The translations under genes and the position numbers were made by a program. DNA of 55,005 nt, the filler included, from an uncultured virus (IMG/VR IMGVR_UViG_2061766007_002010) (Duplodnaviria; Heunggongvirae; Uroviricota; Caudoviricetes). It is 9 parts of one record of this genome, joined end to end, with 100 filler letters (N's around TTAATTAATTAA, not from the genome) between each part and the next. Parts side by side here need not be neighbours in the genome. Positions count along the whole stretch, not along the records: positions 33,088 to 43,732 come from IMGVR_UViG_2061766007_002010; positions 43,833 to 48,929 come from IMGVR_UViG_2061766007_002010; positions 49,030 to 50,443 come from IMGVR_UViG_2061766007_002010; 6 more parts are not named here. One strand, written 5' to 3'. Positions 38,055 through 49,173 of this stretch are shown here, piece after piece; within the stretch, counting starts at the first letter, position 1; each line of letters begins with the position of its first letter. The notes under the pieces were generated by a model that saw only the letters and a list, made by a program, of their open reading frames with translations, made no database searches and had not been told where the DNA came from.

Positions 38055-41000
38055 TTAACCTTCTTCAACACTAACGCCGCGGCTACGGTTGATGATAATC
38101 TTAACATCGATGAATTCGATTGCACTGATAGGTACGAGTCGAATATTTACGTTCATGATTGTCGGATCTTCTGGATCCTGTGTGACGCTCAATGCGTAAG
38201 ATTCGATACCTTCAGCTGCCTTAACACGCTGTAAGAACGAGTCAATATCGTTACGTGCGGACGAACGAGTATTAACGGAGTTCTGCATGAAGAGGTACGG
38301 AGTCATCATGTTTTCGAGCTGCTTTTCAACGTAGTTCAAGCAACGACGGACATTGATACGGTTGAGGAGGCTGTTCTTCTTGAGAGCAGTTTTCTGACCC
38401 CAGAGAACGACACCATAACCACCACAGTCACGGGTTGTATTGACGTTGTTATCGTAGAGCTGACCGATTTCGTTATCGGTGAGACGGAGCAACTGACCAG
38501 TTGTATACGGGATTGTACCACGAGATACACCGGCAGGAGCAAGCCATGGATATTCGAAAGTATCGCAGTGAGCCATTGCGCAAGCACCAGCGACAGACTT
38601 CGGCAAGTAAATCCAAGCAGCAAGAGCAGCATTGTAATACTTATCGTAACCACCGTATTCAGCGATATACGAACCGTTTGCAAAGCTGAACATCTTAGCT
38701 TCGGAAATCATGGCCTTACAAGTCTTTGCAGCCTTGGAAGTAACCTGAACAACACCCATATCCATTGTGCGGTTTCCAGCAATTTCAGCAATCTTGCGCT
38801 GGTGAGCGCTGAAGCGCTGACGACCATTGAATGTATCAATAGCATCAACGTTAAACAAGATGTCGAAATCTGCCTTCTGACGGTCACGATAGAAGTTAAG
38901 GGCAGCAGTCTTTTCAGAGATGTTATTCTTCTGAGAGTTGCGACCACCGTTGAGAGCGTAAACAGAGTAAGTCTGTTTTGGCTGACGGTAATTACCCTTA
39001 CAGTCAATAGCTGCGCCAGCAGAGTTACGGGAAACATAGATGTAATCGGAGTGACCGTTAATTACAGTCGGAGCATAAAGCGGATTACCTTCTGCGTCCT
39101 TAGCAAGCGGGTCAGTCGAAACATACCATGATTCAGCAGGATCCTTCAAGAGAGCATCCATACCGGTACCCCAAGCACCAGCAGCGGTCTGGGTTTTGTT
39201 CTTGACATAAACGTTAATACGGAAGACCTTCTTCCAAGTCAAATCCTGCGGGTTCTGGTCAATATCAGAAGTGTCCTTGTCAACCAAGTCTTCATCATCG
39301 TAAGCATACTTCCAGTTGAAAGCATTTTGATGCTGGAGAGCCTTGATATTGGCACATTCAGTAGTGATGATAGAAACACCGACGTCATTACCGTACTTAC
39401 CAGGACCGATGGAAGCGATAACGAGCTGGTCTGGGAGGCTGACATACTTTTCAATATCGCCGTTACCAGGTTCGTCTTCGGATTGGGTCAAGATAGTGTA
39501 ACCTTCGGCATAAGTCTTATCAACGGAGTTAACGAGATAAGAAGTCGGGGTTGCAACAATGTTGTCAACGGTCTTGCGTTCGTTGCTACCTGTATAGTAA
39601 GTAAATTCCGGAGTAATCGGGTTGATTGCCGGAGTAACCGGGTCAGCTGCAAATACTGGAATCTTCTTGAACTTGTTTTCTGTGTCATCAGCAATGAGGT
39701 AGAACAAATTCTTGTTCAAACGACTTGTGATTTCTGCAGGAGTATCTTTGACGATACGCTCAACAATATCAAGATTATTGAGAACACTTACATAACGCAA
39801 GTAAGTATAGTTGCTGATTTCAGAAACATCGTTGATACCGTTGTCATCCATGACACGAAGAATAATCTGACGCGGTGTAGCGTTAGCGTTGATAATCGGG
39901 TCATAGGATTCTGTGGTATTATCCTTGTACATTTCAGAAACGTTGCAAGCGGAGTAGATATTTTCAGCACGGTGTGCAGCATCAGTAATTTCAGAAACCA
40001 TATAGTTACTGATAATATCGTGAGTTTCATCGACATAGCCGTATTCGGTATAAGAAATACCAGAAACAGAACCACGGTCATAATCTTCATTATTATAATC
40101 GATGGTATCGGCGTCGACATAATATGCCTTTGGCGTATCTGGATCTTCCCAGTCGATAATCGGCATCTTATAAGCCTTAGCAGCACGATAACCACTAGAA
40201 GTGGACTGCCATGCGTCTTCGTCAATCAAATTGTTCGGGTCATAGAAGTTTGCGGATGTGAAAATATCCTTATAAGCAACACCGGACTGAGCCCAAGTGC
40301 TAACCTTATCGTTATTGCCCCAGAACTGAATAGTTGTCGGAGCCTTATTTAAGGTATCATCAGCAGGAATAGTAATAGCAACTTCACGTTCACCCTTGTC
40401 ACCAGGAGTAGAAGTCAAGAACGTAATCATTCCAGAAGCAGCAGAGCCAGTTTCCCAAGCAGCACTTGTGAAAATTAATTCATCGTCGGAAGAAATGTTG
40501 CCATCAAAACGTTTTGGATAATTGACGTGTGTACCCTTTAAGACATTTGGGTTAACGCTCGGCTTTTGTGCGAGTGTTTTATAAACGACAATATCGGTAT
40601 TCTTCGAAAGAATATCGGTAAAGACGTCATAACGACCTTCCTGGTAAAGGTAGAAGTTGTCTTTTGCAGCAGTAGCTGTAGGATCTGGGAACAACCAATC
40701 TCCGCTAAGAGTGCTGAGATTTTCATCTACCGTAGAAAGCTTCGGAATAAGATTTAACTGGTAGTCGCCCTGAGAGTCGACATATTTAAAAACACCAGTA
40801 TTGTCGTCCTTATTCGTGATGGTTGCATCNNNNNNNNNNNNNNNNNNNNNNNNNNNNNNNNNNNNNNNNNNNNNNNNNNNNNNNNNNNNNNNNNNNNNNN
40901 NNNNNNNNAGCGAAGTGACCGTAGTCGGTCAATGATTCCGGTTCGCCGAAGACTTCTACGAATTCATTATAGTTACGGGTAACGATACGCTGGTTAACCG

Positions 41001-41115
41001 GACCCTTATTGGACTTCATAACGATAGCGCCAATGCCTAAACCTGGTTCGGTTTCGGTACGGATCGTATTGTCGATTTCCGTAAATTTAATTCCGGGCAC
41101 TGTATATTTTGCCAT
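38055..41115 (-). CDS. Contractile tail sheath protein gp18 (~1020 aa)
   Basis: PGIKFTEID, KGPVNQ..FGEP, GPGKYGN, PWLAPAGVSRG, VLWGQKT, RINVRR, PISAIEFI; AGGAG SD; late promoter 41187-41194. Confidence 0.95.
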
Positions 41116-41307
41116 AGAATCTCCTAAAAATTAAAAATTAACAAAAATATAGAAATTTCACTCACTCACTTATGTAAACTATATATTATTTATATCAGGA
41201 ATTTCAGAAGAACTGCCCGAAAATGAAATTTTCTTGATTTTTGACTCAATATCGATATTATATAATTCTATAAATAATACAAAGCTTAAATAATTAAGGA
41301 GATTTTT

Positions 41308-41880
41308 ATGGCAGAACAAAATAATATGTCGGTTTTTACNNNNNNNNNNCTCGTTAAGCAATATCTATTTCAGGTTAACTTTTTGTACGAGAAGGGTTCC
41401 GCACTTTCAGATATTCTTGACACCGAAGAGTTGATGCTCTGCGCTAAGACTATGACGATTCCTCAGAAGGAATTCAATACTATCGAAACTCATTACATGG
41501 GTTCTAAGCTTGTATATCCAGGTAAGGCTACGGTCGCTGGTGAATTCACCGTTCAGTTCGATGAATTCCAGGATTTGTCCGTTTCTATCGCCTTGCACCG
41601 TTGGGCTAACTTGCTTTTCAGCCAGGGTTTTGAAAATGATATTGATGTGGCCGGTCGTGTAACTGGTGGTGCTTCGTCTAACTACGCTAAGGACTATACC
41701 GCTACGGTTGAAATTCTTCTTTATGATTCCACATTGAAGAAGCTCCTCCCTATCAAGTGGGTTCTCTATCGTGTATTCCCGAAGACTATCGCTACTTCTG
41801 ACCTCGGTGCTGAACAGGAAGGCAAGGTTACTCGTAACTGTACATTCAGCTATTCGAACTTCGAAATGGTTACAACCTAA
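41308..41880 (+). CDS. Tail tube protein gp19
   Basis: YLFQV, CAKTMTIP, YMGSKLVYPG, TVQFDE, LYRVFP, CTFSYS; late promoter 41269-41276; AAGGAG SD. Confidence 0.88.
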   Translation: MAEQNNMSVFXXXXLVKQYLFQVNFLYEKGSALSDILDTEELMLCAKTMTIPQKEFNTIETHYMGSKLVYPGKATVAGEFTVQFDEFQDLSVSIALHRWANLLFSQGFENDIDVAGRVTGGASSNYAKDYTATVEILLYDSTLKKLLPIKWVLYRVFPKTIATSDLGAEQEGKVTRNCTFSYSNFEMVTT

Positions 41881-41901
41881 TAGTTCTGGACATTTATATT
41901 T

Positions 41902-41927
41902 AAGACCGGGTAAAACCGGTCTTTTTT
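41902..41927 (+). terminator. Terminator overlapping the next late promoter (41927-41934)
   Basis: AAGACCGG-GTAAAA-CCGGTCTTTTTT followed directly by TATAAATA. Confidence 0.85.
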
Positions 41928-41954
41928 ATAAATAGAATAACAGAAGAGGATAAA

Positions 41955-42902
41955 ATGTATAAAACTCCAACATTTTTTAAGACAAAATTTGAAAAGTATG
42001 CCACAAAGGTCTTGAAAAAACTCAAGTCTCTTGGTGTCGATACTGAAAGATATATCGGTAAAATTCTGGATATTATTACTGACTATTATGACGAAGTAGA
42101 TACAGACTATGCTGCTCAGTGTATTAAATTCGAACTTACTCGTGACTTCGGTCGAGAAAAGATTGGCCTTCATGGCATTCGCGAATCTGTAGGTTCTGAT
42201 ATTGATACATTCATCGACAATACCCTTGACGCCCTCAATTTGCAGGCTGATAAGGAAATCTACGATTATTATAATAGTAACCGTGATGAAATCGCCCCGT
42301 TCTATAACGGTGGAAAGACTGACCCGATTGATGCCGCTGATGAGCTGATTAAGTTCTATAATGAAGATAAGAACGGTGATAACGGCACAGACGAGACAAG
42401 TTTGACAAAATTACAGAAGTTGTTCCGTTCTGGCAATATCATGAAGAACCCGAATTCTGCCGATGGTCAATGGGCTACTCCGGATTATCCTATTTCTTAT
42501 GCGATTTCAGAAAATGACGTTGAAACACTTAAGGATTATAGGGAAAACGGTATTCCGTCCAGCCTTATAACCGGCGATAGCGAAGATACTGAAAGAATTC
42601 CGTTCAACCAGCAGATTAATACCGAATTCGTTCAGGATTATGCTCTTCTGACTAAGAATGTGGCTCTTGAAGGTAAGTCAATCGATGATGCTTTGGACTT
42701 TATGGACCAATTTGTTGACAATTTTGTCATTTCNNNNNNNNNNNNNNNNNNNNNNNNNNNTGACCAGGTTCTTTATAATATGATTATCAATTATAACGAT
42801 AATACGACTAGTGAAGAGGCTGATTATTTTGGTGTTCCGCTCGAAGATTTGGTCGAATTTGCCCAAACCGAGCTTTTAGGACCCTCGACAGACATTGATT
42901 AA
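41955..42902 (+). CDS. Acidic hypothetical late protein
   Basis: 315-aa ORF with late promoter and GAGG SD. Confidence 0.75.
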   Translation: MYKTPTFFKTKFEKYATKVLKKLKSLGVDTERYIGKILDIITDYYDEVDTDYAAQCIKFELTRDFGREKIGLHGIRESVGSDIDTFIDNTLDALNLQADKEIYDYYNSNRDEIAPFYNGGKTDPIDAADELIKFYNEDKNGDNGTDETSLTKLQKLFRSGNIMKNPNSADGQWATPDYPISYAISENDVETLKDYRENGIPSSLITGDSEDTERIPFNQQINTEFVQDYALLTKNVALEGKSIDDALDFMDQFVDNFVIXXXXXXXXXXDQVLYNMIINYNDNTTSEEADYFGVPLEDLVEFAQTELLGPSTDID

Positions 42903-43102
42903 CCCCAAATATTCAAAAATATCAAGATTAATAAGGACCATTAATCATATGGTCCTTTTGTCTTTTTGCGAATTNNNNNNNNNNNNNNNNNNNNNNNNNN
43001 NNNNNNNNNNNNNNNNNNNNNNNNNNNNNNNNNNNNNNNNNNNNNNNNNNNNNNNNNNNNNNNNNNNNNNNNNNNNNNNNNNNNNNNNNNNNNNNNNNNN
43101 NN

Positions 43103-43732
43103 GAAGCAGAAAAGGAAAAGATTGCCCAGGATCTCGCTAAGAAAGCCGATGAATTTTCACAGACAAAAATCAAAGAAGCCAAGGAACAGAATGCCGCTAA
43201 GGTAGAAGAAATGGCTAATGCTTGGTGTGCGGAACAGAAAGCACTTCTCGAAAAGGAAGCAAACGAAAAGGTTGAAGCCTATAAGAAGAAGCTTGAAGAC
43301 GCCTCCGAACAATATATCTTTGAATATTTTGAAAAGAAGTTCAAGGAAAAATACGGCGAAGAACTTGAAGCTCTCGAAGAAAAGGTTATTACTGGCCTTG
43401 ACAAGTACCTCGAATATAATATCAATGAAAAGATTGACCCAAGCCTCATCAAGAAGCAGGCAATGACCGAAACCTACGCTCCTATCATCGATGGCATCAA
43501 GCGCCTCTTTGAAGAAGAGTATGTTCCGATGGATCTCTCTGGTTCCAAGAAGATTCGCGACATGAAGGCTGCAAATGCCGAACTCGAAGAATCCTTGAAG
43601 AAGCAGGTTTCCGAAAATATGCGTCTTGCTGAATTGGTTGAAATTTCCGGTAAGAAGTCTCTTATCGCTGAAAAGACTGCCAGCTTGAGCGTCGCAGAAC
43701 GTGCAAAGGTTAAGAAGTTCTTCAAGGACAAG
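43103..43732 (+). CDS. Prohead core scaffold protein gp22 (partial)
   Basis: E/K coiled coil, GLDKYLEY, IIDGIKRLFEEEYVPM, EKTASLSVAERAKV. Confidence 0.85.
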
Positions 43733-43831
43733 NNNNNNNNNNNNNNNNNNNNNNNNNNNNNNNNNNNNNNNNNNNNTTAATTAATTAANNNNNNNNNNNN
43801 NNNNNNNNNNNNNNNNNNNNNNNNNNNNNNN

Positions 43832-44460
43832 NCCTCCAGGCTGAAATGACTGCTGAAATGGACCGTGAAACTATCGGTCGTTGTAAGGCTCTTTGCACAC
43901 CTCGTGTGTTCAACAAGTCTACAAAGACTCTTCAGGAAAACGATGCATTCATCGGCCGTAACTCCCAGGAACGTTTCGGTATGATTATTACCCACATCAT
44001 GAAGGGTGTAAACGACATCCGTACTGCTACTCGTCGTGGCGCTGCTAACATTGCAGTTGTTTCCCCGGACGTTGCTACTGTTCTTCAGTGCGCTAATCCT
44101 TGGTTCACCAAGATTGCTCACGAAGTTAACGGTTCTGCTGTTACTCCGGAAATGGGTACTTTGAACGGTGTTGTTAAGGTCTTCTGTGACCAGTACGCTG
44201 TTGACGAATTCGGTCAGCACGATAACGGTGAAGTTCTCCTCGCATTCAAGGGCTCTAGCCTCTATGATGCTGGTGTTATCTTCTGCCCGTACGTAACCGG
44301 TGTTGTCAACCAGGCTATTGACCCGAATGACTTCAGCCCTCGCGTTGGTATCATGAGCCGCTACGGCTTTGCTCATAATATGTTGGGCGCTGAAAACTAC
44401 TACCGTCTCTTGAAGTTCAACGGCCTCTTCGCAGAAGCTGGTGAAGACCTCGAATGGTAA
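43832..44460 (+). CDS. Major capsid protein gp23 (C-terminal part)
   Basis: EMTAEMDRE, TRRGAANIAVVSPDVATVL, GTLNG, DAGVIFCPYV, DPNDFSPRVGIMSRYG. Confidence 0.96.
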
Positions 44461-44485
44461 TTTCGGACAATTTGAAATAACATTT

Positions 44486-44517
44486 AAAAATGCAGGCGTA
44501 AAAACCTGCATTTTTTA
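44486..44517 (+). terminator. Intrinsic terminator after gp23
   Basis: AAAAATGCAGG...CCTGCATTTTTT. Confidence 0.85.
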
Positions 44518-44610
44518 TTATAATTAAACAATTTCTTCCGGAAAAATTCTATAAATAAAATAGGTGTGAAGGAATTAATCTTCACATAGGAAAAATTAAG
44601 GAGATATATC

Positions 44611-44827
44611 ATGAAACGTAAAAATGATTTGTACAATCTCGGTAACGATTACCCGCAGGATGTTTCCGCATACTTCCTCGATACTGATAAAAAGGTTGAG
44701 GAAAAGAAGTTCTATGGCAAGGCATACAGCGATGGTCTTTTCCACTACACTGTTAAGCCAGCTTATGAACTCTCTGGTGGCGAAGATGCGCTCAACAAGC
44801 GTATTTTGAACGTTCCTCAGTCTGCTT
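44611..44827 (+). CDS. Small late protein directly after gp23 (3' end masked); possible capsid decoration protein
   Basis: Late promoter 44550-44557, strong AAGGAG SD, codon usage like gp23; function inferred from position only. Confidence 0.6.
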
Positions 44828-44959
44828 NNNNNNNNNNNNNNNNNNNNNNNNNNNNNNNNNNNNNNNNNNNNNNNNNNNNNNNNNNNNNNNNNNNNNNNNN
44901 NNNNNNNNNNNNNNNNNNNNNNNNNNNNNNNNNNNNNNNNNNNNNNNNNNNNNNNNTTT

Positions 44960-45241
44960 TTAATCTAATACAGAAAGTATATTTTCGACTTCTTGATTCT
45001 TGAAATGAACGTAAGCTTTTCCAGCTTTTTCTAGTTCATCTTCAAATTCGTCTTTATTGTATTTAAAATTTTTGAAATATTTATTATCACCATCTTGATA
45101 ACTGAATCTACATAAAGGTTCAGAACCATAGAAGGAGAAAGTTCCGACAATAAAATNNNNNNNNNNNNNNNNNNNNNNNNNGTCAGACATAGGATTGAAG
45201 TAAATCCTATGCGATTTGAGCATTTTAATTACTTCGTCCAT
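44960..45241 (-). CDS. Hypothetical protein
   Basis: 93-aa ORF; CATAAATA at 45246-45253. Confidence 0.65.
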   Translation of the reverse strand: MDEVIKMLKSHRIYFNPMSDXXXXXXXXXFIVGTFSFYGSEPLCRFSYQDGDNKYFKNFKYNKDEFEDELEKAGKAYVHFKNQEVENILSVLD

Positions 45242-45302
45242 TTAGTATTTATGAAAAAACCAGACCTCGGGGCCTGGTTTGAATTTTTATTTAAAAATTC
45301 GA

Positions 45303-45869
45303 TTAGTGAAGAGCCATACCTTCGCCAGCGAACATTGCATTTGAAATGGTGAAAAGTGCATTAGTTTCAGTTTTACACTTCTTCATACGAATTGCAAACT
45401 TATTGTAATATTCAGGACTTACACCCTTGCCGATACATTCACGGACTTCTTCAAGGAATTCTGCGATTGCAGCCTGAAGACCGACCTTGGCAGAAAGAGT
45501 CAAGAAATATGCGTTATTAAGATACTTTTCGCAAATGCTTGTGAAGAGTGTACCTTCAGCAGTACCGAATCCTTCTTTGATTACTTTAAAACCGGCTTTT
45601 TCAGCAACTTCTTTAGCTTCTTCGAGTTTAGCCCAAGGCGGAACCTTGTCGTCACCCTTTTTGCCTTCGTTGAGTTTAGCCCAAGGCGGAACCTTGTCAC
45701 CGTCTTTCTTACCTTCGTTGAGTTTGGCCCAAGGTGGAACCTTGTCTCCATCCTTTTTGCCTTCATCGAGCTTAGCCCAAGGTGGAACCTTGTCATTGCC
45801 GCCTTTCTTGGTTCTAGCAACAGTAAATCCATGCTCTTCGGCAATCTGTTTAGCTTCAAATAAGTTCAT
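45303..45869 (-). CDS. Leader-motif protein with four 16-aa tandem repeats
   Basis: MNLFEAKQIAEEHGFTV, 4x DKVPPWAKLxE, second leader LEEAKEVAEKAGFKVIKE; AAGGAG SD; late promoters 45894-45910. Confidence 0.85.
   Translation of the reverse strand: MNLFEAKQIAEEHGFTVARTKKGGNDKVPPWAKLDEGKKDGDKVPPWAKLNEGKKDGDKVPPWAKLNEGKKGDDKVPPWAKLEEAKEVAEKAGFKVIKEGFGTAEGTLFTSICEKYLNNAYFLTLSAKVGLQAAIAEFLEEVRECIGKGVSPEYYNKFAIRMKKCKTETNALFTISNAMFAGEGMALH
45621..45808 (-). repeat. Coding tandem repeat, 48-bp unit, about 4 copies
   Basis: GCCCAAGG(C/T)GGAACCTTGTC recurs every 48 bp with synonymous variation. Confidence 0.95.
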
Positions 45870-45918
45870 AAAATCTCCTTAAAATCTTTACTGTATTTAT
45901 ATTATTTATAAATATTTT

Positions 45919-47658
45919 ATGGCACTAGGCGATTTTAGAAAGATATTTGAGAAGACAGNNNNNNNNNNNNNNNNNNNNNNNNNNNNNNNNNNNNNNNNNN
46001 NNNNNNNNNNNNNNNNNNNNNNNNNNNNNNNNNNNNNNNNNNNNNNNNNNNNNNNNNNNNNNNNNNNNNNNNNNNNNNNNNNNNNNNNNNNNNNNNNNNN
46101 NNNNNNNNNNNNNNNNNNNNNNNNNNNNNNNNNNNNNNNNNNNNNNNNNNNNNNNNNNNNNNNNNNNNNNNNNNNNNNNNNNNNNNNNNNNNNNNNNNNN
46201 NNNNNNNNNNNNNNNNNNNNNNNNNNNNNNNNNNNNNNNNNNNNNNNNNNNNNNNNNNNNNNNNNNNNNNNNNNNNNNNNNNNNNNNCATTTATAAATTC
46301 ACAAAACAATATAGAAGCTTATGAAAAGAGTGTTTTGGAATTTTTAGGTGCAAATGCGTTAATGATTAAAAACAAGCCAGTAAAATCTGGTGAAATTGAT
46401 ATGTACCCATTAAATGTTGGGAATAAAGTTTTATATTCTACAGCACCTTGGTATTTACGTGGTCATGGTATTGCAGCAGCAATGCGTTCTACAAATACTG
46501 AAATTCAAGAAGCAGGTCAAGCAGTTGGTTTATTTACCGCTTATATGATGGATAATAAAAGCGATGAAATTGATATTAGACATTTNNNNNNNNNNNNNNN
46601 NNNNNNNNNNNNNNNTAATAAAAGACGAGTAATGAATTTGCTTGAATGGTATATTTACAATTTCCATGGAGCAGTTGAAAAGTGTGTAGACGGTGGCGCT
46701 AAAGTATTTGCTGGATTACGTAATCCATTGACGATGCATCTTTCAGATATATCTTGTGAAGCCGGACATAAAATTGCTGAAAGCGGAATTGGTCCAAATN
46801 NNNNNNNNNNNNNNNNNNNNNNNNNNNNNNNNNNNNNNNNNNNNNNNNNNNNNNNNNNNNNNNNNNNNNNNNNNNNNNNNNNNNNNNNNNNNNNNNNNNN
46901 NNNNNATTGATGAATATACTAAATGGCTTAATCGACAGACTGAAACAAACAGATTAAGACTTATTTCGTTGAAACTAAATACTTCCCGTTGGGACAACGT
47001 TATTTCACGAACAAGCNNNNNNNNNNNNNNNNNNNNNNCTGAAATATTGGATAAGAAATGGGAAGTTAACCAAGGTAATATTTACCTTTATGTTCATCTA
47101 AATGAAGATGGAATTAAAATAACAGATAAAAATCAAGGTAATGTTATTAGGCTTAAGTTTACGGTTTTTGATAATGATAAAGGCGCAAGTATAGAAGCCG
47201 ATTATCTTAATACCAAGCAAGTTCATTTTAATTTTGAACGTGAAATTCTTGTAGAGAATTTTAATCGTAAAGAAAATACTCAGACTATGCTTGGTAAGGC
47301 TCGAGATACGTTAAACTATTATTTGGCCAAGAAAAAGATTGATACTATTGATGACGTTAATTTTGTATGGCCGGATCAGTTTAAAGAATTGTTACATACA
47401 GATGCAGTAGACGCGTTTAATGCAAGAACGACAACCAAACCATCATTGAAACGAAATACTGAAAAACTTGTATTGCGTGATGAAATTATGAAACTATATT
47501 CTGACTGGTTGAACAAGATGCGTAAGTTCTGTTTGTATAGAGGAGAACAGGAAGTAAATAAGTCTATAGATGAGTTTATTCTTTATACGATATATGCCGG
47601 AAAGAAAGAAAATTTCCAGGATATGGATTTCTTCCCTAAATATTATAAAATTGGATAA
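45919..47658 (+). CDS. Hypothetical late protein (~580 aa across gaps)
   Basis: MALGDFRKIFE start 4 nt after TATAAATA (45907-45914); open frames continue across gaps. Confidence 0.55.
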
Positions 47659-47764
47659 AAATAAAAACCAGGTTNNNNNNNNNNNNNNNNNNNNNNNNNN
47701 NNNNNNNNNNNNNNNNNNNNNNNNNNNNNNNNNNNNNNNNNNNNNNNNNNNNNNNNNNNNNNNN

Positions 47765-48929
47765 NCATCGTCGATAGCAATATCAGCATTCGAACGAGAA
47801 TTGGTGAGTGTAGCCTTTCTGACCATTGCATTGGTAAGCTTAGCACCAATTCCGAAAGAAGCGCTGTCAAATGCGAGAGTAACGGGAACCTTCTTACCAG
47901 AAGAAGAGGCAGCAGCTGTAGCCGGAGATTCACCTTTGGCAATCTTGTCAACAACAGCAGTTACACCGCCAGATTTTTGATTACCGTTCGGAGTCAAAAG
48001 ACTTACAGTATCGACCTTATCGTTTTCGATAACGCCCATGTTCTTAAGTTTGTCAACCATGACAGTTGCAAATTCATTGTGGCTGCTTATACCGCAAAGC
48101 ATGGAACCATCTTCCAAAGTCTTTGTCGGGAATTCTGTGCTAGAGCCCCAACCGATTTTCTTTGTATTGGTATGTCCGTTTTCGTCGGTAACTTCAGTTT
48201 CGACACCGCCATACCAGTTACATTTGCTAANNNNNNNNNNNATTTGCTAATGAAGGCACGAGCTTCCTTAACCTTGTCGGCAGGAACTGTGAAAACGTAA
48301 CCCTGAGGCTGAATATAGCCAGGAGTTCCCTTACCACCCTTCTTGGAACCGTCACGAAGAACGGAAGTAGGGGCGAGGTCGCTATTCTTCAAGATTTCAC
48401 CGAATTGCTCGAGTTGAGTTCCCTTGACAACGAGCGCGTCATGAGCTTCATTCTTCCAGTAAACCATTGCATAACGAACGCAGTTTTGAGCAAGGTCATG
48501 AAGTGTTTCTGCAATCTTGGAGAAGTTCGGAGTACCAGTTTCCAAGCTCTTCATGAGATCCTTGTCGGTCTTGATTGTCATGTTGATTTCATCCTTACCG
48601 TCGATTGCATACACGATAGTGAATGGGCGAATATCGGTAATGGTTGTAGAACCATGAGCAATTTCAGATTTCAAGCGGCCTTCATAGAAAAGAGCCAACT
48701 GTGTTGGACGTTGACCCTGAACGCCGTTGTTATTTGTAGACCAGTTCTTGAAACGAATTGTCGAGAAGTAGTTACCAATATGTGACGGAATAAGATTACC
48801 GTCATTTGTATGTGCACTATTGAAATGAATACTTACGGCCCATTTCATTACCTTAACCCAGTTGGGTTCATGGGTCATGGCTTCCATGATATTATCGTAA
48901 GCTTCATCCTGAGTAAACACGATATTGCT
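47765..48929 (-). CDS. Hypothetical protein (both ends missing)
   Basis: Long open minus frame, broken by one 10-N gap. Confidence 0.65.
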
Positions 48930-49173
48930 NNNNNNNNNNNNNNNNNNNNNNNNNNNNNNNNNNNNNNNNNNNNTTAATTAATTAANNNNNNNNNNNNNNN
49001 NNNNNNNNNNNNNNNNNNNNNNNNNNNNNAGTCGATAAGAAGGGTTCTAAGGCCATTGTAGAAGCTCTTAGAGAGTTCATTAAGACATTCTAATAAAAGA
49101 TACTAGGTAAACAAATAAGGGTCCCAGAGGCCCTTATTTTTGCAATTATTCAGACATAAATAAGATATAAGCT

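Noticed and set aside
39327..44511. Long antisense ORFs (e.g. 39327-40352, 43777-44511)
   Set aside because: Shadows of strongly codon-biased gp18 and gp23, with no SD, promoter or recognisable motif.
45621..45808. CRISPR array
   Set aside because: In-frame 48-bp coding units with synonymous changes and no unique spacers.
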